Program-made: the position numbers and the translations under genes | Part shown: positions 38,301 through 52,000 of the stretch, in pieces | How positions within the stretch are numbered: position 1 is the first letter of the stretch | Layout: every line of letters starts with the position of its first letter | Notes under the pieces: generated by a model | What the model was told of the DNA's origin: nothing | Seen by the model: only the letters and a program-made list of their open reading frames with translations | Databases searched by the model: none | Source of the DNA: Mytilus trossulus | Taxonomy: Eukaryota | Length of the DNA stretch: 64,000 nucleotides | Reading direction: 5' to 3' | Assembly (NCBI RefSeq): GCF_036588685.1 | Contig: NC_086378.1 | Span: 88,164,001-88,228,000 of the forward strand

Positions 38301-41300
38301 GACTTTTTTTTTAAACCTTTTTGATTCGAGCGTCACTGAAGAGTCTTGTGTAGACGAAACGTGCATCTGGCGTATATAAAAAATTTAGTCCTGGTATCTA
38401 TGATTGAGTTTATTTAGTATAAAAACAATTATCAGGTTTGGTGACTACCTTCCTCACTAGTGACATATATACTAAAATGAATATTTGACAAGGGTTTCCG
38501 CATGTGCGACAATGTAAATAATCAATCAAAACCATTTGAACTATTTAATATTATTTAGTGGTTTTGGATTTTTAATGATTTTATGAAGAGGTTTCATAAC
38601 ATTTTTAAAGGTTATGATATACGTGCGTTTAACAATTTTACGCTGCGATACGCATACTATTCATAGACATTAAGAGCAATCTGCATGCAATACCAGGGCA
38701 CACTGGTATAAATCGTAGTTTATCTCATTACTCGTAAAAATCGAGGCCATTCTAGAGCTGTACAAGTGAGTGTAACTTCTATATGATTCCACTGTTTTAA
38801 AACACGCCCATTCAGTTGCAATGATCAGGTATTCGATGGATAAGGCGAAAAAAAGTGGTTAATCCCGGAGAAACATCAATTGCAACCACAGTTCAGCCAC
38901 TTTTGGTAATGGCTAAGCAAATTCAGTGGAAATGGCCTAATTTGTACTGAGAAGATAAGTTTATCGTCATATTTGGTGGATTTCACATTGAAATGATTTA
39001 TTATAACACTCTGGGTGATATATTGCCTAATAGTGGATGAACATGTGCCCTCACTGAAGCCGATATTGCAACACTTAGGTGGGGTTCGTGTTGTTTATTC
39101 TTTAGTTTTCTATGTTGTGTCATGTGTACTATTGTTTTTCTGTTTGTCTTTATCATTTTTAGCCATGGCGTTGTCAGTTTGTTTTAGATTTACGAGTTTG
39201 ACTGTCCCTTTGGTATCTTTGGTCCCTCTTTTAGAACGGCAGATTGTTTTCGTGTATGCTCCAAAGAACATATTACTAGACACGCGCATAGGATAACTGC
39301 ATGTGTTTTACTTGAATTTTTTCATAACTGTGAAGTTCAATGATTTGATAGACTAGTGTAAGGAAATAGACTCATCTCAACCACAGTTTAATTCATGGCA
39401 TTCAATTATAGATTATGAACTTCTTGTGCTTTTGTTAGTATGCTCATTTCATTAGTCATATTTCGTACTTTACAAACAGTCCATTTAAAGCATGATATCG
39501 TATTTTTGAAGGTCTTTATCGTGTAAATTATGCTAGATCTTTAACGATCTATCGCCGATATATGGCGTCCCTTCCCGAACATCACCCACAGGTGACAATG
39601 GAATTTGAAAATGAAAATTTCATTGAACGTAGGACCATCATTTTTTTCTTATAGCACAATTGATCAGGCACAAAAAGAGAAAAATGCAATTGTGAAGGGC
39701 GATGTTGATATCATAGGTGAAACCGAAGATCCCCTTCAGACAAATGGATGTTAGCTGAACACGAAGTCAGTAGACTAAAAGATGAATTGGAAAGACTTAT
39801 TGGTTTGAGTCATTCTACATCAGATAACAAAGACTCTACGAAAACACATAAGGATTTCTTTAAAAAATCTTCAAAGGCATTGTAAAGCGATGAACGGGTT
39901 AGGAAATCAATTTCTAGATGAGTCGTCAGATTTGTAAAAATGAATTACTGTATAAAAGAAATTGTTGATTGGGAAGCATGTAAGATTTTTATATACACTC
40001 CAAGATATTGGTCCAAACAATACGAAGATCTTTTGAAGCAAATGCAAAACGAAGGAGAACTTTCTTTTTATCACTAGATCTAAAAGAACAACTTCCTATT
40101 ATGGCCGTAAAATGAAACTGGAAATGTTTTGTCAAAACCAAAGCTAGAGAACCTTAACAGTGATTGCGATATATTTGCTAGACTTTTCATTTCTTGTCAC
40201 GGTAGACAGTTTAACTTGGGATATTCCTTTATTCATAACAACCAAACTGCTCCTCCGTCTTTGTCTGAGGACGTCAGTTATATTAAATTGCTGCAAATGG
40301 GTATAATTGAATCATTCTGCGATTTGCTGATCGAAATTCTGAAGCATGTATCGTTGGTTGGACAGCAATGTTTAATTCCAGGCCACCAAGTTTGGCAAAA
40401 ATGTTTGATGATCATGCAAATGGTGTCATAATGCCTTACATAAAATCTTGCATCGATACGTATTCAAGAGTAGACCCTGTATTTGATGTTTACTAAATGA
40501 ATAATTTATAGGCTGTGACAAGACAAAGGCAAGGTGCTTGTGCTAAACGGAAAGGTGTTGGTTCTGGTAGAACACCAAGGTTTTGGTTTTTCAAGTTTCT
40601 TGCCGACAGAATAGCTTCTTTAGAGACTAATAAAATGTGTATGTTACTCATGGTGAAAATATTCTTTGCAATATCAATAAGAATACTTCTCGGCTATCCC
40701 TTATAACCACGAAGAAGCAGATACATGAATGTTTGTCCATGTTCAGCATGATTATGAAAATTGTTGTAAAACGTAATTTGAGGTAGTACTGACACTGATG
40801 TAGTAGTATTAACAATTGCAGAACTTGCAAAATTAGATGGAACAAATTGTGGATAAGATATGGAAGGAGTAAAGACTGTTGATGGCCTCCTATACGTGAC
40901 ATATCAAATGCGTTTGGTCCTAAAGTTGCTGCTCTTCTTTTCTTCTATGCATTCATTGGCTGTGACACTTTGTCGAATTTTCGTGGAAAAGGGAAGAGGT
41001 CAGCTTGGTTGACATAGGAGGTATTTCCAGATGTAACAGAAGTTTTATTTTGCTTAAGAATGAAGAAAGACATGGACAGCATAAAAGCATTTGTTTGCAA
41101 CATGTTTGACAGAGCAACATCAACATGTGCTGTTAACGAGGCGCGATCTAAATGGTTTGTCATAAAGCAGTGGCATTATGATGTAAAGGTTCTTTTCCGA
41201 AGCTCATCAAAAGAGAAGCATATCAAGGAGGACATGTTTGGGCTAAGCCTGATTCATGTATTGGACGGGGTTGGATAAAGGAAAAATCAATGACTGTTGA

Positions 41301-44000
41301 AAACCAAAATGGACTTCTTTGGCTGCCTTGCACCCTCGTGTAATGAACGTTTTAAATGAGAAGGCAAGAAATTCAGCTGTGTTGGTAACTGTAAATGATA
41401 CCGCTCTGGCCTGCCTTGCACGGTCTCTTGTATTTAAAACTGTCAGATAATTATAAGATAAGCAACCTGTATTTCTAACCAAACTAGACATTCAAACTTA
41501 ACAAAGAAAGTTATATCGCTTGTCAAGTTGATGGAAATTATGACACAATTACATTTTCAACGTTTTGCCGCCATTTTGGTACCGGAAGTAACCATATTTT
41601 TCGTCATTTATGTATTGTTTTGTTGTAGTTTAGGAGCTGTTATTTACGCTTCATCAAAACTTACATTATACCATACCTATAACATATAATTCAAGGATTT
41701 GCGAAATGTTGCCAATTGGATATAACACCATATGCAAAATGAGCGGTGGCCATCTTAAAAAAATGGAAATTTTTAATGGCCAGCAGCTGATGTTTTTTAA
41801 TTACCTTTATACCTAATTTTAGGCTTGTATCACGATGTGCACAATTATTTCCATAATATCTAAAAAAAAGTCAAAAGGTTTAATATTGTGACTCATTTCG
41901 TAATGTTCTTCGATTTATCGATCTAAATCATATAAAAATTACGCAAGTATACGATAAAGACCGAACTAACTTAAAAACATAGGGATAGTCACTGTTCCAT
42001 AAAATGACAAGTAAAAGATACAAGCTATAGAAACAAGTATGACAAGTAGCTTCCAGTAGTATGTCATCATATATCTGAAGGTGTCCTAAGATCTATTAGT
42101 AGTGTATGAAGAAATAATTACCCGAACACAATTTAGCTTCTGTACATATTTGATATTCTTCTTTCTTTCCAATACATTTAGCCCCGACACCTGACGGAGG
42201 AGGATTAGCGCATGTCCGGAATCTGGTCTCAAACTGGTTAGTGGTTTCACATGTTTGTGTGCAGTTTCCCCAACTTCCCCATTGAGACCATTCACCATCA
42301 ACTAAAAACAAAAGATATCATAAATGTTTGTCATAGCTAATCACTGTATGTAAGTATACATAACGAGGTTCATATCGTCATTTTTTAGTTTGCCGCAAAA
42401 TATCGAGTTCGCTTCGTCTGTTTTCGTTCATTTTGTACACGTTTCTTGCTTCAAGTTTGATATTCTTCTCATTCTTGTATAGTTATTAAGATACCAGATT
42501 AACACGAAGTTTTATTAATCAAAATCTATAATTAAGGCGTAAAAAGTAAAAAAAAAAAAAATACTGAAATTAGAGGAAAATCAATTCGAAAAGTCCATAG
42601 TCACATGACAAAATTAAATAACAAAACGCATCAACAACGAATGGACAAGAACTGTCATATTCCTGACTTGGTACAGGCATTTTAAAATGTAGGAAATGGT
42701 GGATTAAATCTGGTTTTATAGCGCTCACCCTCTCACTTTAATCACAGTCTCAACAAATTCCGTTTTATTTACATTGATGCGTTAACTAAACAGACACAAT
42801 AAATATAATAGTCAAAATAAGAGTATATAAGTCATTATCTTGTAACAATTTTAAAAGGAGCAATTTAACAGAAAACAAAAATATCTACTATCTACAAACA
42901 CATTCATTGATTTGAGTGTCTGACGTCAGAAAATTGTATACGTCACATAAAATATTCATACTTTATGAGCATCTTTTATTTAGGGAAAACACATCGAAGT
43001 TTTATATTAAGCAAACAGGTATAATATTAAGAAACAAGCAAGTTTTTTGGAAAAGCTTAAAATATTTCGTAACATCCAAACAATTATCAAAATTTATGTA
43101 AATTTTCCATGTGTTACGGGTATATAATCCTAGTTAATACGATACTCCACAGATTTTGCTTTTTATCATTATTTCCTTGATAGAGGATTGCTGCTCACAA
43201 GAAAGCTATTAAACTAAGATTTTAAAGTGGTGAAATTGAAATCATCGCTTTGTAAATTTTACAGACGCCATCACGATCTGGTTATCCTTCGGGAGCATCT
43301 GAGATCACCCTCAGCTTTTGATAGAGTATTGCCCAGACTTTAGTTTTCTATGTTGTCTTTTGTTTTGTGTATTGTTGTTCGTAGGTTTGTCTTTTTCCTT
43401 TTAAGCCATGGAGTTGTTAGGTCATTTTCGACTCATGCGTTTGAATGTTCCTTTGGTATCTTTTGCCTTTTTTTATATAAATTATCAAAATATTATTGAA
43501 ATTATAAAGTATGGGTTAAATAAACTGGTATTAACAAATGATATCCAACGAGAGACTATATCGCACGTGCTTTAAGTGCATTAGTATTTCCCGACCTAAG
43601 ATATCTCTATTTTGCATATTTATACTATGTTAAAAACTATATAACTCAGCGTTTACTTACTGAAAATCGTCATTTCTGTGACGATGCAATTCATACAAAT
43701 TCCGGAGAAATATTGAACTTTTTTTCAAATCTACGAATTTTCTACAAGGAATGTGACGTTTGTTCAACAATAAAACATATGAAATTGGAGAAGCAATTTC
43801 AACTTGCGATATATGTACAAACCTGGAGGAATACAACTGTCTTCTGCTCTTGGTACCAAATAAGCATAGGCCACTACGCACACCGTTAAACCTCCAATAG
43901 ATAACCCGCTGAAAAAGGCAAAACATGAACAAAATCTGTTCTGCGGTGGTTTAGTTATAACTTGGATGGTGTGATGAGGAGCGACTTTCTTAGATGTCAT
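35303..44000 (-). CDS. Type II membrane protein with 3 thrombospondin type-1 repeats and a C-terminal C-type lectin domain, about 365 aa
   Basis: Exons 44000-43823 (cytosolic tail + TM), 42301-42122, 37557-37387, 36964-36803 (each WxxWxxWxxCxxxC...RxRxC), 36328-36149, 35529-35303 (CPRGF..CFKY..W..A...C; WMDG; WTNWSPREPS; WDDDDC; FICE). All introns are phase 1; total 1098 nt. Confidence 0.82.
38060..38415 (+). mobile_element. About 350-bp hammerhead retrozyme-like repeat nested in the Academ element
   Basis: Homologous, in inverted orientation, to 48163-48556; hammerhead at 38330-38373. Confidence 0.7.
38330..38373 (+). ncRNA. Type I minimal hammerhead ribozyme (stem III mismatch)
   Basis: GCGUCA-CUGAAGA-GUCU(UGUGU)AGAC-GAAA-CGUGCA-UC-UGGCGU. 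Confidence 0.65.
39075..39232 (+). repeat. Young interspersed repeat, probable retroelement 3' tail (near-identical copies 60931-61085 and 63772-64000 minus)
   Basis: Near-identical sequence gives the recurring spurious ORF VRVVYSLVFYVVSCVLLFF. A diverged copy follows a Penelope-like RT fragment at 43160-43470. Confidence 0.8.
43160..43470 (+). mobile_element. Penelope-like RT thumb fragment with 3' tail
   Basis: FLDRGLLLTRKLLN*DFKVVKLKSSLCKFYRRHHDLV resembles FNERNLCITGKLLNQEYRYHKLLKTFTKFIHRYKDLV of the 31-32 kb element. Confidence 0.6.
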
Positions 44001-45351
44001 CTCTGAACATGAATAGCTCCTGACAAATGGAGCTTAGTTATCGTTATAATCTAAATGTATGCAGATTTAAGACACTGTTTTGGACCTTTTAAGGTCTTCT
44101 TTAAATGTATTGATCAGCCCAAAGATCATGAGAACGATTCAGATTCAACATAAACATAATCATCTAGGTGTACAAAATAAAATAAAGTTGTGATTCAAAT
44201 ACTGTATGGTGCTTATGTAATTATATTTTATGAGATATGTAATTAAATTTTATGAGATATGTAATTATATTTCATGAGATATAGTTTAACAAGGTGCTAT
44301 AAGGAACATCATAACGCGATTCTGAACATTATCTTTTTTTTTTTTTTAAATTAAATGAATAAATAAACACATATTTTTATTGGATATTGATTTTGAAGAT
44401 TTTAAGAACCTTTTTATAAACCAGCTATTGTAGGTATTTATTTCGAAGAACATTCAAAGTCGTCGCCGCCAATTTTTTTCTTTAAATATTATTAATATTC
44501 TGTGATTTGGGTTTTTGAACCTAAAGCTTTATATGTTCGTAGATATAGGAAGATGTTGTGTGAGTGCCAATGAGACAACTCTCCATCCAAATTATTTAAA
44601 AAGTAAACCATTATAGGTTAATGTGTTTTCGTGTTTTCGTGTTTTCGTGTTTTCGTGTTTGTTATAACGGCGTCACTACCTTGAGTGTTTTTAATAAATG
44701 ATTAAGCATAGATGACCTTAGATGAATTATACTATTCACATCAGATCACTCTTGTTCTAAGCTACCTGGGTATCAAAGTATTCATACTTAGCTTCCAAAG
44801 AGATGAGATCAATTTCTTCTCAATTTGTGTCATTCAAAAGGCAAAATATTACCTTTCCTTTTGGTATTTGAATAACATAGAGCTTATAGAGATTTTCAAA
44901 AACATCGAAGTAGAATTCAACTGGACTGTTGAAGCTTTTTTGAAACATAATTGCTTTCACACGTTTCGGTAATCTTAGATTAATTTTCAACATAATTTTT
45001 GGTAAATGTTTTGAATCTGTCTGTTTTTGATCTAGGCTTTTATAATTTGAGCGTATCTTTAAATATGAGCCATAATACTGTTGGAACCTCAAATAAAATC
45101 AAATTAAGAAATGAATGGGAACGGGTAGTGTCAAACAGACAATAACATGACTATAGTACACACAAGAAATAATGTGAATGTTAGAAAGAAAAACCGGAAG
45201 ATAGTAATTCGTTTTTAAAACTTTCTTATTTAGAACAAGTTGTGGGAAAATTTCTCAATCTTTTGATGGGTTGGGAACTAGCTTATAAAGACTAATTCAG
45301 CAAAATGCTGCGGGCGAAATGAATTAAAATCTTCTAGTTTAGGTTCATTCG

Positions 45352-46899
45352 CATTTATCCAACTTTTTAAAATTTAAGGTAGTAAAGGTAAAAAAAAAGT
45401 TAGATAGATGAGATCAAAGGTAATCAAGAACAAAGTTTTTTTTTTGACAGGTGAAAAATAAGACTGAAAATTAGGCTACCCGGATTAAATTTTCTGTAGT
45501 ATTATTTAGCATAGCATGTTAAAATGTGCAACTGACATTAAGTTGAATAGATGTAATTTTAATCATTTAAAGTATTTTAAAGTTTTTTAACCGTTAATTC
45601 AAACGTGAACTGGATAGAAAATTGTCAATGAGATGGAGCTGGTTTGTGTAATAGATTCTCTTCATTCGTTTTTTTTTTCTGTTCTTCTGACCAAATGATC
45701 CAAATTGGACAAAATATAAGTTGAATACGTTTAAGGTAGATCACAAGTATATATTTTTTGAGACAGATTTTTTTTATAATTTGCCAAAATGAAGATTTGA
45801 CTAAGCTCTTTTCAAAAGTTTAAATAAAAAGTATGGGTCACCGTGCTATTTTTCAAGCAATGAGTCATTGAAAATTGCCAAAATTTGGTTAGTTTGTTCA
45901 TGAAAAAACACATTAGTGTACATAAAAAAAAATCTATGAGATAGAATTTTGAAATAAATTGTGAGAAGAAAGGTTTCATAATATGTTTTGTGAAAATAAG
46001 AAGAAACATGGTGTCAGCGAACTTGTTTTCTTGCTACAAGTAAAAATAAAAAAATTCCCTATTAGTCCAGTATAAATTTTGTACTCTTATGATTATTCCA
46101 TTTGTGTTATTTTGGGAGAAAAACGAAAATGAAGGCGTCCGGATATAAAATAACAAGTTTAATTATAAATTACAAACATTTCCAAACCATTTTGCTAGCT
46201 TCCCTTCGCCAGAGGTCAATAAAATTTCTGCAGCAGTATCTAAAGTGTTGTTGTTATCAGACTTTCTACATTATAAGTTTTATTTATTGTAATGAATGTT
46301 CATAATATACAGATAAACGCTTACATTTTTGAAATTAATAGAAAAAAAATAAGATTTTTTGGGGGGAAAGCAGGAGCAGGGCTTGAAATTGATTAGAGAA
46401 CTACATGTAAGAATTGATAGTAAAAAGCAAATACACTTTATTTTCGGAGTTTTAAACGATTTCACGGGTGTGTTCTAATACATATATGTAAATATACAAA
46501 CAAAATCAATAGCAATTTAAGCACATTAGTAATAAAATACTGGCACAGAAATATCAATAGCACACCGTGACTAAATGAATGTTCGGTAGATTCATTTATT
46601 TAAATGTTGATATAAACATATTACTGATTTGTGGGTTTCTTCTGTATAATTGATGAAACATTTATTCATTATTGACATTATTCGATATATACTGAATTTT
46701 GTTTTAAAATAAAATGTAACAAGTTTACTATCGCCTATTTTTATATCATATTTTGTAGATAATATACAAACATACAGGAACAAATTTACTGTCAAATTTT
46801 AAAAAGACACCTTATTGTTCCCAAACAAACAACCCAATAATTAACAAAAATAAAAGTTGGCTAAATGATAATACCTTATTTTAAAAAGTTGGATAAATG
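45352..46899. mobile_element. Segment bounded by about 28-bp inverted repeats (possible non-autonomous DNA transposon)
   Basis: CATTTATCCAACTTTTTAAAAT(T)TAAGGTA at 45352 vs TACCTTATTTTAAAAAGTTGGATAAATG at 46872. Confidence 0.5.
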
Positions 46900-46982
46900 A
46901 GAAGACACCTCTATTTTCATTTTTTGTTGCTAAGGTATCATCAGTTCAGGTGCATGTGCTTTTGGAATGCCATGGTTTACCA

Positions 46983-47290
46983 TATACTTTTCTGAATTGA
47001 TTCTTTTCTTTATTTATAATAATAATTTATAATATTTAATAATTTATAATATAATTTTTTAATACTTTTCTGAATTTATATTTTCAAAATTGATATAACT
47101 TCTCTGAATTTATACTTTTCTGATTTTCTACTTTTATTAATTATAATACTTTTATAAATTTATAATACCTTTCTGAATTTATACTTTCACAAAATAATAT
47201 AACTTTTCTGAATTTATAATTCTTTTATAAATTTTTGATACTTTTCTCAGTTTATATTCTGTTATAAATTTTTAATACTTTTCTAAAAGA
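46983..47290. repeat. Degenerate AT-rich tandem repeat (ATACTTTTCTGAATTT-like)
   Basis: Many imperfect reiterations are visible directly. Confidence 0.75.
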
Positions 47291-48162
47291 TAAATTCTAG
47301 TATTCTTTTAATTTGTGTGGCGTTTCGTATTCATATATATTCATATTATTATTTTACGCGTCTGGATTTTCCATTGAAACTAAACATCACTACAAATATT
47401 ATAACACATCATTTATGATTCATTTTGGAAAAACTTTATGAATAACAACTTAAACCAGGAAGTCAATGTTCACACATCTTGTTATGTGTCACCCGGATCC
47501 TGAACTATTTACTGTTAAAGGAATTTCTCAATTTTGTCTTTTTGAAACATTGCATACACATTATTATCACCTTAGTTTTAATATTTGTTTATTAATAGTC
47601 CTTAGAACATGAGAACGATCAGTTGGGAAGGAAACATCTATATTAACTATAATTAAAATCGTCTCCATTAACACCAGAAAGAGTACTGGATCATGAAATC
47701 TGCAGTACCACAGACTAATAATAACATACGGGCATTGAAAAGATTACATTGAGAAAACATTGAGAAATTTCCATTTCTATTTAGCAATATTTCAGCGCCA
47801 TCTTCATATTAAGTATAAAGCTCTTCGTTGATACAATATCCCAGAGCTTAGATTTCCAATCATGATTTTCTTTATAGAAAGTTGTTGCTTACTTGAAGCT
47901 ATTGGACTTAGAGTTCCAAGCGGCAGCATTAAAAATGCGTTCTCTTTTTGAGCCCGATTGTAATTCATTGAATCTAATTTTCATTTTATATCATCAATTT
48001 TATGGTCAGTGTGTATACTCCGGATTTCTGTGTTCATTGTATAAATGTTGTATATGACTGATGTACAATCGATCCCATGTTAGTGCATTTTCCCTGTTAT
48101 TCACGAGTTTTATTGGCGTATATCGGAAGGCAATGTATATATATTGAAAAGTTGTAAAAAAT

Positions 48163-48556
48163 TATCAAAGGTACCAGGATTATAATTTAATACGCCAGAC
48201 GCGCGTTACGTCTACATAAGACTCATCAGTGACGCTCATATCAAAATAGTTATAAAGCCAAACAAGTACAACGTTAAAGAGCATTGAGAACCAAAAATTT
48301 CAAAAAGTTGTTCCAAATATATCTAAGGTAATCTATTCCTGGGATAAGAAAATCCTTAGTTTTTCGAAAACTTAACGTTTTATAACAGGAAATTTATAAA
48401 AATGACCATATAATTTATATTCATGTCAACACCGAAGTGCTGACTACAGGGCTGGTGATATCCTCGGAAACGAAGCGTCCACCAGCAGTGGCGTCGACCA
48501 AGTGGTTTAAATAGTTAACAAAGGTACAAGGATAATAATTTAAAACACCAGACGTA
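48163..48556 (-). mobile_element. Hammerhead retrozyme-like monomer (353 bp) with partial second copy
   Basis: AAAGGTAC.AGGAT.ATAATTTAA repeats at 353-bp spacing (48170/48523). Hammerhead at 48192-48235 has GAAA mutated to GUAA. Confidence 0.75.
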
Positions 48557-49025
48557 TGTAACAACTGAAATACGAAAGTCAAACGGGCAATATATTTTTT
48601 TAGAAATATGCATATATGATATACAAAAAAATTGGTCAACCGACATGATAAACACCATCAAAATTCTTTTTACACAAACTTTATTCTATGGACTTCAACG
48701 AATCAATACACTATAGTAACACAATTGTTTTGAACTTGTTATGACCTCTCAACTACAATATAAACCTTGACGAGGTTTAAGAACTTTTTGACCACATCAC
48801 TTTTTAGTACATAATTGACAGACATATAAATCACCATCCTCGTGTACACTGTAACTCTAGGCATGCATGAATGTACAAATAAGAACGAATGGTGTTTAAA
48901 TCTTGTTTTACTACAAAGTCAATTATTGTACACAGTCATGTATATATAGATCTTACTGATTTAATATAGTCTTTCATTTTGAGGAAGTCCGGTTCTTGGT
49001 GACAGCTACTAAACAAAATTACAAA

Positions 49026-52000
49026 ATGTTACAATTCATAATTATTTACACTTTCACTACTTGTTTGTGTGTATTTTCCTCACCGATATTTAAGGATAAA
49101 GTTACTTTGGAAAAGTTATCTACATTATATTTGCCGTATAGTTATGACACAGATGGAACTCCGTTATACAAGTATTCTAGTGGAGCCATTGAACAAACAA
49201 CATATGATCCTGAAAATTATATAGTATATGCTGTAGGTAAGTATAAATGCGTTTTCAAGATTGTTTTTATTTATCTTTTTATCTATTCGTTTATTAACTA
49301 AATTCCTTTTAATATCAAAAAAGGAAAAATAGTTTTACTATGACGACATTTAATGATTTTAGGGTAGCATTTCGAGAACACATACGGATTGTATACAGTA
49401 GTTACAAATATAGCAAAACAACAGGGAATTAATCTTATTGAAAGACACGATGAACCCACGATTTATTATATTTTCCTGTTAATTAACTCTTTTGTTGCCG
49501 ACATGGTTACAAGTTTTTGATTTGTCACCCAAAATCTGCTCCGAAAAACATCCGAACTTGTTCTTGTATGTACAGAAGATCACAGATATTTTTCTAATGT
49601 CGAAACTACAACCTGTACCCTTTTCTCGACAGTGAGCTTCCAAATTACTTGTTACCGGGTTTATAATAACACCAGTAACACGACGGATGCCACACGTTGG
49701 AGCAGGATTTGCTTCCCAATTTGGAGAACATGAAATCACCCATAGTTTTTGGTGGTTTCGTTTTATTCAGTCTTTAGTATTCTATGAATTTAAATTAACG
49801 GTACCAATTTTCTTGCACCAGATGCGCATTTCGACAATACATGTCTCTTCAGTGATGCTCGTGGCCAAAATATTTGAAAATCCAAAGCTTATATAAAAGA
49901 TGAAGAGCTATAATCCAAAAGGTCAAAAAAGTATAGCCAAATCCGTGAAAGGAATCGGAGCTTTGCATGAGGGAGATACATTCCTTAATTTATAATAATT
50001 TATAATATTTTGTAACAGCAAATTTTAATAACACAAAAAAATCCGTATTTTTCATGCCAGTACCGAAGTACTGGCTACTGGGGTGGTGATACCCTCGAGA
50101 GTGTTTTGTATACTGAGAGTTTGATTTAGAAAATAAAAGAGGTCAGGTTCGATAATAACGAGTTTCGCTCTTGTCGTGTAGGAACAATAGTATGGGCCCT
50201 TTATTGATTTGATAAATATGCTTCGCGTCGATTCCGATCCATATTTTTAGGTCGCTTGGTCCAAAGTCTTCTTTTTTTTTTCTTTTTTTTATCTTTACAC
50301 AATTTTCACATTTTGTTTTCTCGTTATAAAACAGAGGATTGTCACTTGAATAATGATCCTTCATTTGTTTGAAAATGACACTCTACATCGATTTCATACA
50401 TTATTTGAAGACGCTGAATTGTTATAAACGTGTTACATGGTGTTTTGTCAATTTAAAGCCCTATTTTATCCATGTTTTGTCCTGTATCGTACTACCTGAA
50501 ATCAATCTGTATTTACATACAATACAGTTCTTAAAAATATTTAAACCAAATTTTCATCGTTTACAAAATGGGTTATTGGTTCAGAGTTTAAAATACACAA
50601 CGATTTTTTTTTAAAATAAACCGGGAAAACAGGGCGTTGCTTTACTTCCACATCAAAATGATGCTGTTGAAAGCAAATCATATTAACAGATAATGATTTA
50701 AAAAATACTTATGAAAAATAAATAAATATTCAAATGTTCAATGATGATTTGTCATTTATGGTTAATTTGAACTCAGGTTACATAACATGTCGGTGCACTG
50801 ATTGTATTACAAGATATGTAAATAATATTGTGAGAAGATGTTTTTTCCATCATACATCATACTTGTAGCCAAATAAGTAATTCTACATTACTTTATTGAT
50901 GATGATAGAAATATGAAAGGTAAACGGCACCATGTAAGGAATGTTTTGATTTCTGTAAACTATATATGCCAAAATTGGGCCTAAGTGTCCGTTCTTCTTT
51001 ACACCCCTTAACCAATCGATGCTGTTAGCTATGATACATGGAAAATTTTAAAATTCCCTTTTTCCTTTAATTTTATTAAATCCGTATCTAAAAAGGAAAG
51101 AAACTGAGAATTGGGTTGGTAGGTACCACTTTAATATGACAATCTTGATAAACACAAATATTGTATTAGTATTAGTCTCGGAAGTTTACAGAATTCAGTC
51201 AGAACAATTTCAGTTGTGATTCAGAGGGGGAAAAGAACCGTTTAATCTGAAAAAAAATAATCCTTTTTTTGCACAAAATTGACCTTTCATATCTATTTTT
51301 ATATAGAATTACATCCACTCTTATTTATCAGATTTCAGGATTTACAGATTTGAAGATTACTTAAAGGTGACAAAATGTATTTATTCCCAAAATGAAAATA
51401 ACATATATATGTAATTCTTTTAGGTGGAAATATTCTGCATGTTATTGATGTAAAAAACGTCACATCTCCGAAGATCCTTCATCATATGGAGATTGATCAT
51501 GTTGATCTAACAGACATTGAATATTGTGGTGGATACATTTTCGTTTCAATGGATAATATTTTGTTTAAAGAGGAGGGGCGTGTTGTTGTATACAGAAATT
51601 TCTCCACATCAGAGCTTATGGTCGAAAAATATAACATAACAGGTAAATATTGTTCAATCGTGTTATTTGTTTGTTTTAACGATTAAAATATATGTACTTG
51701 TGGTAAGTATGGCACAGCAATAATATCAGAAAATTAGTTTGAATTAACATTATAACTTTAAAAAAGACCAGACATTTTTTTTTAAAGCAAACGCACACGT
51801 GTTTTGTTTCTTCCTTCTATTTCGATGCATTATTGTTTACAAATGTGTATACTCAGCAACAATAGAAACGCACCGTGCAGCTCTTATAATTTCTTTGGAA
51901 ACAAATTCAATTGCATATCATTTTTGAAAAAGATTGAAATTATTCAAAATGTTGTAACAACGTTTCAGAAGTCATTTATAATACAAAGTCTGTAAAAATG

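Larger units (their letters stand above)
37848..41862 (+). mobile_element. Fossil Academ (AcademX-like) DNA transposon inside an intron
   Basis: Imperfect TIRs (37881-37914 vs 41813-41845), left end TAG, subterminal GCCATTTT/AAAATGGC motifs. Broken transposase remnants with XPG/FEN1-like motifs HEEADT, TDTDVVVL, FIGCDTLSNFRGKGK and a Cys-rich C-terminus. Confidence 0.7.

Noticed and set aside
39015-39296. Hydrophobic ORFs VRVVYSLVFYVVSCVLL (also 60677-61111, 63760-63987)
   Set aside because: Translations of a T-rich high-copy repeat tail, not genes.
48446-48490. Second, opposite-polarity hammerhead (CUGGUGA...GAAG CGUC) in the retrozyme-like monomer
   Set aside because: The core is non-canonical and not conserved in the 38060-38120 or 50075-50098 copies.
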